NCBI GenBank assembly: GCA_036505055.1
Contig: DASXUE010000052.1
Location: forward strand, 1,239-65,238
DNA length: 64,000 bases
DNA from: Gemmatimonadales bacterium
GTDB taxonomy: Bacteria; Gemmatimonadota; Gemmatimonadetes; Gemmatimonadales; GWC2-71-9
Direction of reading: 5' to 3'
The notes beneath the pieces are model-generated. The model was not told the origin of the DNA. It did no database searches and saw nothing but the letters and a program-made list of their open reading frames with translations. Each line of letters starts with the position of its first letter. Within the stretch, counting starts at the first letter, position 1. Of the stretch, positions 11,197 through 18,658 are shown piece by piece. The position numbers were made by a program, and so were the translations under genes.

Positions 11197-11628
11197 CTAG
11201 CGGCCGGCGGGCTTGGCCTGATCCGCGGGGGTGAAGCTCATCACCTGGACGCCGGCGCCGCGAGCGATGTCCATCGCCTCGATCACTTCGCGGTATTTCC
11301 GGTTCGGCGCCGCCTTGATGAACATCAGCTTCACCGGCCGCTGGTCGAAGACCTCGTGCAGCTTGGCGTCGAGACCGGGCAGTGTCACGGGGACGTTGTT
11401 GACGGCGTAGGTGCCGTCGGCACGCAGTTCCAGCACGATCTGATCGCTCTGGGTCTTCTGCTTCGGCTGATCGCGCTGCTCCACGGGGACCTGCATGTCG
11501 AACGCCCGGCGCGACAGCGGGAGCGTGATCATGAAGATGATGAGGAGCACGAGCAGCACGTCGATCATCGGCGTGACGTTGATGTCGGAGCTGAGCCCCG
11601 TCCCTGATCCGCCGCTACCCATGGCCAT
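11197..11628 (-). CDS. exbD: ExbD/TolR biopolymer transport protein
   Basis: 143 aa. DINVTPMIDVLLVLLIIFM signature. Confidence 0.9.
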   Translation of the reverse strand: MAMGSGGSGTGLSSDINVTPMIDVLLVLLIIFMITLPLSRRAFDMQVPVEQRDQPKQKTQSDQIVLELRADGTYAVNNVPVTLPGLDAKLHEVFDQRPVKLMFIKAAPNRKYREVIEAMDIARGAGVQVMSFTPADQAKPAGR

Positions 11629-11632
11629 TGGC

Positions 11633-12097
11633 TCAGTGCTCCGGCCGCGCCGTGCGCTTCTGCTCGGCGATGGAGGCGATCATGCGGACGCCGGCTTTGC
11701 GGGCGATCTCGATGGCCTGCTGCACTCGCGCGAAGTCGATGTTCTCGTCCGCCTTGAGAAAGAGGACCTTGTCCACGGTCCGCACCGCATACAGGGTGGT
11801 CAGCTGTCCCTGCAGGTCCTCATCGCCGATATACCGCATCCCCGTGTACTTCCCGTTGGGTCCGGTGATCTCGAGGTAGAATTTCCCCTCGTGATCGATC
11901 CCCAGGCGGATCTCGCCGTCGGCCTCTTCGGCCGACTCGGGGTTGTTCGCCCGCGGGATGCTGGCCTGAAAGCCCGCGGTGATCGCGGGCGTCACGATCA
12001 TGAAGATGATGAGGAGTACCAGCATCACGTCGATCATCGGCGTGACGTTGATGTCGGCGCGGACGCTGCCCTTGTCTCCCCCTGCGGCCATGGCCAT
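11633..12097 (-). CDS. exbD: ExbD/TolR biopolymer transport protein (second copy)
   Basis: 154 aa. DINVTPMIDVMLVLLIIFM signature. Confidence 0.9.
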   Translation of the reverse strand: MAMAAGGDKGSVRADINVTPMIDVMLVLLIIFMIVTPAITAGFQASIPRANNPESAEEADGEIRLGIDHEGKFYLEITGPNGKYTGMRYIGDEDLQGQLTTLYAVRTVDKVLFLKADENIDFARVQQAIEIARKAGVRMIASIAEQKRTARPEH

Positions 12098-12104
12098 GGC
12101 TCAG

Positions 12105-12848
12105 CTATCCTTTGATCGGGCCGCTGGTCTGGGACGCCTTCTGGGTCTGGAATTCCTTCGTGAAGATCGACCGGCCGAACTCGCTGCCGACGCTCTTGAT
12201 GAGGTAGTCGATCAGCTCCTTCGACGTGTACGTCATCTCCACCGTCAGGAAGTCGATCTTGGTCGCGAAGTAGTTGTAGAGCCACACCGCCGGGATCGCG
12301 ACCAGGAGGCCGAAGGCCGTCGTGATCAGCGCCTCGGCCACGCCGCCCGTGATCGCCGCCAGCGAGCCGGAGCCGCCTGACGCGGACATGCCTTGGAACG
12401 CGGTCACGATACCCATCGTCGTCCCGAGGAGGCCGACGAACGGGGCCGTCGCGCCGGTCGTCGCCAGGATGCCGAGCCCGCGCTTCAGCTCCGCGGTGAT
12501 GATGAGCATCTGCCGCTCGACCGCCCGTTCCGCCGAATTGATGTCGCCGGCCGTGATCGTGGCCCGGTCACGGAGCAGCGGCTTTACCTCGGAGAGGGCC
12601 TCGCCCAGGACGCGCGCCACGTGGCTCTTCTTGTTCCGTTCGGCCAGGGCGATCGCGCCGTCGAGCTGCTCCTCCTGCAGATAGCGGGAGAACTCGGGCG
12701 CGAACTTCCGCGTCTCTTGCTGCGACTTCCGGAGGTACAGGAACTTCGAGATGCTGACCGCCCACGACCAGGCCGACATGACAAACATGACGACCACGAT
12801 GCCCTTGGCGAACAGCCCCATCGATGCCCATAGTTCGGCGTAACTCAT
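12105..12848 (-). CDS. exbB: MotA/TolQ/ExbB proton channel
   Basis: 247 aa. Three TM segments and the conserved GLLGTTMGIVTAF / ALITTAFGL blocks. Confidence 0.9.
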   Translation of the reverse strand: MSYAELWASMGLFAKGIVVVMFVMSAWSWAVSISKFLYLRKSQQETRKFAPEFSRYLQEEQLDGAIALAERNKKSHVARVLGEALSEVKPLLRDRATITAGDINSAERAVERQMLIITAELKRGLGILATTGATAPFVGLLGTTMGIVTAFQGMSASGGSGSLAAITGGVAEALITTAFGLLVAIPAVWLYNYFATKIDFLTVEMTYTSKELIDYLIKSVGSEFGRSIFTKEFQTQKASQTSGPIKG

Positions 12849-12892
12849 CTGGCGTTGGCTCCTCTAGTGCGCGGGGACGCGTGAACTGACGA

Positions 12893-13570
12893 TTAGCGCC
12901 GGCCGGTGATCTTGAAGTCGATCGGTTGATTGATGAGCACGCGCACCGCGCGCCCGTGAACGCGCGCGGGGCGGAACAGCGCCCGCAAGACATACGTCCT
13001 CGCCGCCTGGTCGAAGCCGGGGTTCGGGCTCTGCACGACCTTCACCGACGCCGGCTCGGCACGGCCCGACGTATCGATGATCGCCTGCACGATCGCCCGA
13101 CCCTCGATCCCCGCCTGTCGCAACAGGTCGGGATACTGGAGCTGCGGCCCCGAGAGAATCTCGGGCCGCTCCTCCACGACCGACTCGAGGAACACCTGGT
13201 CCGACGACGGCACGATCCCCCCGCCCGTCCCGCCCTCCACCCCGGAGCCGGTGTAGTCCTTCGGGTCGAAGTGCTCCTGCAAGTTGATCGGCGGAATGTT
13301 GGTGGGGATCTCGGTCGGTGCGACGACTGTCTGGAACCCCTTGAGCTGCGGGATATCGATCACCGGCGGCTGCTCTTCCTGCTTCTGCTCTTCCTGGTTG
13401 ACGAACACCATCAGCGTGTCCGGCACCTGCTCTGCTGCCTGGCTGGCCGTGAGCGTCGCAATCACCGCGAGCCCCACGATACCGGTGTGTCCCACCAGGG
13501 ATACGAAGCCAAGGCCGAACGCTGTTTTCTTGTCGGCCTTCCTCTTCGACTCGATCAGATGCTCGAACAC
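12893..13570 (-). CDS. TonB-family energy transducer
   Basis: 225 aa. N-terminal TM, charged/Pro linker, C-terminal YPDLLRQAGIEGRAIVQAIIDTSGR..ARVHGRAV block. Confidence 0.8.
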   Translation of the reverse strand: MFEHLIESKRKADKKTAFGLGFVSLVGHTGIVGLAVIATLTASQAAEQVPDTLMVFVNQEEQKQEEQPPVIDIPQLKGFQTVVAPTEIPTNIPPINLQEHFDPKDYTGSGVEGGTGGGIVPSSDQVFLESVVEERPEILSGPQLQYPDLLRQAGIEGRAIVQAIIDTSGRAEPASVKVVQSPNPGFDQAARTYVLRALFRPARVHGRAVRVLINQPIDFKITGRR

Positions 13571-13683
13571 GGCTGTAATCTCCCAGGATCGTTGATAATG
13601 TTATAGTACGCCGGGCCGGTCACTCGCTAGTGGTGTCAAGATTACAAAACGATGACAGGCCGGTGAGGTTTTTCAGCAACGCC

Positions 13684-14310
13684 TCACCTGTTGCGATCAA
13701 GCACAAACGACGTCGGTAGCCGGATCCGGACCCGGACCGCGTGACCGTGCATGCGCCCGGGCCGGAACAGAGACGCCGCGAGCGCCCGCCAGGCCGCAGC
13801 CACGAACGCGGGATTCGTCGCTGCCACAACGGCGATCGACCCTGGCTCGACGCGTCCCGTCGTGTCCACCACCGCCTCGAGCACAACCCGCCCTTCGAGC
13901 CCAGCCTGGCGCAGCAAGTCGGGGTAGGCGGGGACCGGGCCGGCGAGGAGCAGGGGAGGGTCGTCGGCGAGCCGCACGTCGATGGGCTCGCCGCCGGCGG
14001 AGCCCGGCGCGCCCGTAGTCCCATCGATCCAGGCCACCAGCGGCCGCGCTGGGAAGAGGGGTCCCGGTGCCGCAATGCCGTCAGGCGGGGCCGTGGAGAT
14101 GTCGGGGGGCAGCTGAAAGTCCCCGTCGGGCACATTCGGCGCCACCGGCGTCGTCGACTCCACGCGGCGTGACGTGCCCGGCGCCGTGATCGGCTCGACC
14201 ATCACGATCCGCTGGGACGCTGGTTCGGCGTCTCGGGCCGTCGCCCAGACAGCGGCGAGCGCGAGGCCCGCATGGACGGTGAAGGACACGGCCGTGCTGG
14301 CGATGCGCAT
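13684..14310 (-). CDS. TonB C-terminal domain protein (third paralog)
   Basis: ATG at 14310 is preceded by GGAG. TM segment, then AYPDLLRQAGLEGRVVLEAVVDTTGR..GRMHGHAV, which closely parallels 12893..13570. The upstream part of track ORF 13684..14499 would overlap the kinase gene and was discarded. Confidence 0.75.
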   Translation of the reverse strand: MRIASTAVSFTVHAGLALAAVWATARDAEPASQRIVMVEPITAPGTSRRVESTTPVAPNVPDGDFQLPPDISTAPPDGIAAPGPLFPARPLVAWIDGTTGAPGSAGGEPIDVRLADDPPLLLAGPVPAYPDLLRQAGLEGRVVLEAVVDTTGRVEPGSIAVVAATNPAFVAAAWRALAASLFRPGRMHGHAVRVRIRLPTSFVLDRNR

Positions 14311-14405
14311 GACATTCTCCGAGGAAGCGTTCCCCGACACGATGGCACGCCACTCTGAGCGGCGCGTGGACGACCGATGACAGTTCCGTGACGGTGGGGT
14401 GAGAA

Positions 14406-15842
14406 CTACGCCGGGCGCGGAAATCGGACCGTAAACGTCGTGCCCCGCCCCGGCCGGCTCGCCACTTCGATCGAGCCGCCGTGCGCTTCGGCGATCCACT
14501 TGCAGATGGCCAAGCCGAGCCCCGCTCCCGGACGCTCGCCCGTCCGCGTCCGGGCGGAGTCGGCGCGCCAGAAGCGGTCAAAGATGTGCGGCAGGTCTCC
14601 CGGCGCGATGCCGATGCCGGTATCGGCGACGGCGACGGAGACCCGGCCGTCGGACGCGTCGAGCTGAACCGTCACCTGTCCGCCGCGGGGCGTGTACTTC
14701 ACCGCGTTCTCGATCAGGTTCAGGATCAACTGGCGGACGCGGCTCCGATCCACGTCGAGCGCGACCGGCTCGGCCGGCGTGTGCACGTCGATCGCGACGC
14801 CCGCATGCTCCGCCAACAGCTCGCCGGTCTCTCGGGCCTCCTCCACGATCTGGCGCAGGTCCACGCGCTCGCGATGCAGCTCGGCGCGGCCCTCGTCGGC
14901 GCGGGCCAGGGTCAGCAGGGCGTCGACCAGCTCCGTCATCCGGTTCACCTCCTGCAGCGTCTCCTCCAGGGCGGCGAGCGTCTCCTGCGGCAGATCGGGC
15001 CGGGTGATCGCCCGCTCGACGCCCGCGCGCACCACCGTGAGCGGGGTCTTGAGCTCGTGGCTCGCGTCGGCGGTGAAACGGCGCAACGCCGCGAAGCTGC
15101 GCTCGAGCCGCGTCATCATCTGGTTCAGCGTGTCGGCCAGGCGGCCCAGCTCGTCCCGCACCATAGGCACGGCGAGACGGCGGTGCAGGCTGCGGCCGTC
15201 GGTGATCTCGCGCACCTCGGTGATCATCCGGTCCACGGGCTCGAGGGCGCGCCCCGCGATCCAGCGGCCGACGAGGACCGCGGGCACGATCCCGACCACG
15301 AAGGCGACGATGATCGTCGAGAGCAGCTGGCGCAGGTCCAGCTGCGCGCTTTGCGTGTCCGCGCCCGCGAAGATCGGGCTGAACTGGCCTCCCGCCTCGG
15401 GCACGGGCCGGACGACGTAGTGCAGCGTCGGACCGTTGGGCTGCAGGCGGTAGTCGCCCTCCGCCCGCGCACCGCCCGCGGCCAGGTGGCTGAGCTGCTC
15501 GAATTCCGCGAAGGTGAGCGCGCGCGCGTCCGGCGACGCGAACAGGAGGCGCCCCTCGCGGCTCGTGACGAGCAGGAAGTCGGGCACCACCTCGAGCACG
15601 GCCGCCACTTCGGGTGTCAGGACGGGCCGGCCCGCGGTGTCTTTCTCGACCAGCACGCCGCGGGCGCGGTAGCTCTCCGCCAGGATCCCCGCCGTCAGGT
15701 CGGCTTCGGATTGGATCCGGCGGTCGAGCTCCTGGTAGGACGCGCTGCGCCGGGCGAAATAGAGCACCACGGCAAAGACCGCGAGGCTGAGAATGAGCGC
15801 CGCGGCGTACCAGAGCGTCAGCCGCCCGCGGATGCTGTCCAC
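14406..15842 (-). CDS. Membrane sensor histidine kinase, heavy-metal-sensor (CusS/CopS)-like
   Basis: GTG start 1 nt after the regulator stop. Two TM segments, HAMP, H-box [16 protein letters not shown] boxes ([21 protein letters not shown]). The subfamily call is tentative. Confidence 0.85.
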   Translation of the reverse strand: MDSIRGRLTLWYAAALILSLAVFAVVLYFARRSASYQELDRRIQSEADLTAGILAESYRARGVLVEKDTAGRPVLTPEVAAVLEVVPDFLLVTSREGRLLFASPDARALTFAEFEQLSHLAAGGARAEGDYRLQPNGPTLHYVVRPVPEAGGQFSPIFAGADTQSAQLDLRQLLSTIIVAFVVGIVPAVLVGRWIAGRALEPVDRMITEVREITDGRSLHRRLAVPMVRDELGRLADTLNQMMTRLERSFAALRRFTADASHELKTPLTVVRAGVERAITRPDLPQETLAALEETLQEVNRMTELVDALLTLARADEGRAELHRERVDLRQIVEEARETGELLAEHAGVAIDVHTPAEPVALDVDRSRVRQLILNLIENAVKYTPRGGQVTVQLDASDGRVSVAVADTGIGIAPGDLPHIFDRFWRADSARTRTGERPGAGLGLAICKWIAEAHGGSIEVASRPGRGTTFTVRFPRPA

Positions 15843-15843
15843 G

Positions 15844-16512
15844 TCAGGCCCGGACCACGTAGCCCACGCCGCGCACGGTGTGAATCAGCTTCGGCTCGCG
15901 ACCGTGGTCGATCTTCTTCCGCAACCGGGTGATCACGACGTCCACGATGTTGGTGCCGGGATCGAAGTGGTAATCCCAGGCGTACTCGGTGATCAGCGTC
16001 CGCGACATCACCCGCCCCTGATGGCGCATCAAATATTCGAGGACCGCGTATTCCTTCGGCGTCAGCTCGATCCGCTTGCCGTCCCGCGACACTTCGCGGC
16101 TGCCGGTGTCGAGCGCCAGCCCCGCGACCTTGAGGACCGGCGGGGCGATCTCCTTGGGCCGCCGCCCGATCGCCTCGACGCGCGCCAGCAGCTCTTCGAA
16201 CGCGAAGGGCTTCGTCACGTAATCGTCCGCGCCCATGCGCAGGGCCTGGACCTTGAAGTCCACGGCGTCTTGCGCGGTGAGCACCAGCACCGGGAGCCCG
16301 ATTCCGCGGTCCCGCAGCGTGCGCAGCACATCGATCCCGCTCAGCTTGGGGAGCCGCAGGTCCAGCACGACGAGATCGCAGTGCCCGCCGGTCGCGACGC
16401 GCAATCCCTCCTCGCCGTCGCCCGCCAGCTCGACGTGATAGCCGGCTTCCTCCAGGCCGCGCCGGACGTACTCGCCCACCGTCTTGTCGTCCTCGACGAC
16501 CAGGATCTTCAT
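15844..16512 (-). CDS. OmpR/PhoB-family response regulator (CusR-like)
   Basis: MKILVVEDD..DLVVLDLRLP receiver domain plus a winged-helix output (LTPKEYAVLEYL..HTVRGVGY). Its ATG is in an ATGA overlap with the upstream kinase stop. Confidence 0.9.
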   Translation of the reverse strand: MKILVVEDDKTVGEYVRRGLEEAGYHVELAGDGEEGLRVATGGHCDLVVLDLRLPKLSGIDVLRTLRDRGIGLPVLVLTAQDAVDFKVQALRMGADDYVTKPFAFEELLARVEAIGRRPKEIAPPVLKVAGLALDTGSREVSRDGKRIELTPKEYAVLEYLMRHQGRVMSRTLITEYAWDYHFDPGTNIVDVVITRLRKKIDHGREPKLIHTVRGVGYVVRA

Positions 16513-18065
16513 CCGACGGGCAGGTACACCTTGAAGACGCTGCCGACGCCAATCTGGGACTCGACCTCGATGCGGCCGCGATGCTCTTCGACAATGCCGT
16601 ACGCCACCGACAGGCCGAGGCCCGTCCCCCGCCCCGGCGGCTTGGTCGTGAAGAACGGCTCGAAGATCTTGGAGAGGTCGTCCTGGGCGATGCCAGTGCC
16701 CGTGTCGACGAACTCGATCAGCAGCTCGTCCCCGCGGTGCGGGTTGCGCAGGGTCCGGACGGTGAGCACGCCGCGCGAGTTCATGGCGTCCATCGCGTTC
16801 AACATCAGCGCCATGAAGCATTGAATCAAACGCTCGGGGTCGGCCGGCAGCGCAGGCAGGCCGGCGCCGAACTCGCGCTTCACGGTGAGCCGCTTGAAGC
16901 GCTCGTGGTGCTTGAGGAGGAAGAGGGTCTGCTCGATCACATCGTTGATTTCCACCGGCCGCTTCTGGCCCCCCTTAGGCCGCGAGAAGTCCAGCAGGCC
17001 GTCCACGATCCGCCGGCAGCGCTGCACTTCGGTGTCGATGATCTTGAGGTACTCGTCCTGGGCCCCGCGTTCGGCCGCGGGCAGGTCGGGGACGCGGAGG
17101 GCGAGCGCCTCGCTGCATGCGAGGATCGTCGCGAGGGGGTTGTTGATCTCGTGCATCACACCGGCGGCGAGCTGGCCGACGGCCGCGAGCTTTTCGGTCT
17201 GCGTGAGGCGCTGCTGGGCCTCCCGCCACGCCGTCACGTCTTCACCGATCGTGATGACGTGGGTGATGTCGTCGTCGTCCAGCCGCATCGGGATCTTGGT
17301 GATCCGGTAGTAGCGCGCGTCGCCGCTCGCCTGGGACTCCATCTCGACCTGCTGGATCTCGCCCGAGTCGAAGACGCGGACGAACTCGCGCTGCAGCAGC
17401 TCGCGCGGCTGGCGGTCGAGTACCTCGAACACTTCCCGGCCGAGCGCGTCCTCGCGCGACACACCCTGCGTGCCCGTCTCCCGCTTGCGGTTCCAGGCGC
17501 GGATGCGGTAGTCCCGGTCGATCACGTAGAGTCCCACGGGCAGCGAGTCGATGATGCGCGCGACGAAGTTGCGCTGCGCTTCGAGCTCGCGCGTGCGGAG
17601 CGCCACCTCGGTCGCGAGATCCTGCGAGAGCTCCGTCGCGGCGAGCACGGGGGCCAGCATCTGCGCCACCACCACGAGCACGTCGTGCGCCATGCGCTCG
17701 TGGCGGCCCTCGGGAATGACGACCTCGACGCAGCCCAAGCCTTCTTCTTCGTGAATGAGCGGCAGGCGGACCAGCGTGCCGCCGGGCGTCGCCTCGCGCC
17801 GCGGACCCGCGGCGATCCATTCCGCGACGGGGGCGGCGAACCCGGGGAGCTGCGCTTCGTCGCCGGGCGCCGACACCGCCGTGTAGCGCGCGCCGTCCGG
17901 CGACCGCAGCCACAGGCGGCAGCGGCGCAGCGCCAGCCCCCGGCGCAACACGGCGACCACCTCCCCCAGCGTGTCCGGCCGCGCCAGTCCGGTCGCCAGC
18001 ACCTGCGCGACCTCGGCGAGGATGCCGAGCGCGGGATGATCGGATTCGAGATGGGGTGCGGCCAT
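16509..18065 (-). CDS. Cytoplasmic GAF/PAS sensor histidine kinase
   Basis: ATG at 18065 inside the 1155-aa track ORF. No TM segments. GAF-like N-terminus, PAS (LYVIDRDYRIRAWN), H-box GVMHEINNPL, HATPase_c (DTGTGI, GRGTGLGLSV). Confidence 0.85.
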   Translation of the reverse strand: MAAPHLESDHPALGILAEVAQVLATGLARPDTLGEVVAVLRRGLALRRCRLWLRSPDGARYTAVSAPGDEAQLPGFAAPVAEWIAAGPRREATPGGTLVRLPLIHEEEGLGCVEVVIPEGRHERMAHDVLVVVAQMLAPVLAATELSQDLATEVALRTRELEAQRNFVARIIDSLPVGLYVIDRDYRIRAWNRKRETGTQGVSREDALGREVFEVLDRQPRELLQREFVRVFDSGEIQQVEMESQASGDARYYRITKIPMRLDDDDITHVITIGEDVTAWREAQQRLTQTEKLAAVGQLAAGVMHEINNPLATILACSEALALRVPDLPAAERGAQDEYLKIIDTEVQRCRRIVDGLLDFSRPKGGQKRPVEINDVIEQTLFLLKHHERFKRLTVKREFGAGLPALPADPERLIQCFMALMLNAMDAMNSRGVLTVRTLRNPHRGDELLIEFVDTGTGIAQDDLSKIFEPFFTTKPPGRGTGLGLSVAYGIVEEHRGRIEVESQIGVGSVFKVYLPVG

Positions 18066-18076
18066 TGGCCGCAAAC

Positions 18077-18658
18077 CTAGGGATGGCGCTCCCGGCGCGC
18101 CAGCGGCGCCTCGATGCGGAAGGCCAGGAACCCTCGCACTTCCGTCGTCGAACCGAAGAAGACGGTCGGCCCGATGACCAACGCATACTGCGCGCCGTCG
18201 CCGGATCCCATGCGCACGCCCGGTAGGACCGACACGGCCATCCAGCGCGCGCCCTGCGGCAGCGGTGAGTTCGCGGTCAAGTAGCCGCTCGCCTCGATGC
18301 TGACGTCGAAGCCGATCTGGGTGAGGTTGCGCTCGTCGCCCATCTCGGCGAGCATGGCGCGCCCGGTCCGCAGCCCGAGCGTGCCCGCTGCGACGAACCC
18401 GCGCATTCCGCCGATGATCGCGCCCTCGTCCACGAACGATCCCAGGCGCACGCCGGCGGCCAGCGCGCCGATCGGCCCGCGGCGCAGACGCCGCACGAGC
18501 CCCAGCTCCCCGCCCTCGATCTGCCAGCCGGCGCCCAGCGTCGCGACGAACCCGGCGCTGATCGCGGGCCCGGTCCGCGGCGTCTCGGGCGTTTGCGCCG
18601 CGAGCGGTGTAGACAACATCCCCAGCAGGGCCAACATTGAGGCCATGAATCGACGCAC
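18077..18658 (-). CDS. Small secreted beta-barrel-like hypothetical protein
   Basis: GTG at 18658 is preceded by GAGGAGG with 6-nt spacing and gives the signal peptide MRRFMASMLALLGMLSTPLAAQ. Alternating Gly/aromatic strands. An ATG at 18646 is an alternative start. Confidence 0.6.
   Translation of the reverse strand: MRRFMASMLALLGMLSTPLAAQTPETPRTGPAISAGFVATLGAGWQIEGGELGLVRRLRRGPIGALAAGVRLGSFVDEGAIIGGMRGFVAAGTLGLRTGRAMLAEMGDERNLTQIGFDVSIEASGYLTANSPLPQGARWMAVSVLPGVRMGSGDGAQYALVIGPTVFFGSTTEVRGFLAFRIEAPLARRERHP

Noticed and set aside
13600-13639. TTGACA (13639..13634, minus strand) and TATAAC/TACTAT boxes as a sigma70 promoter for the tonB-exbBD operon
   Set aside because: The spacing between the -35-like and -10-like hexamers is about 25-28 nt, far from the canonical 16-18. 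Promoter rules for this lineage are unknown, so it is left as an AT-richer spacer only.
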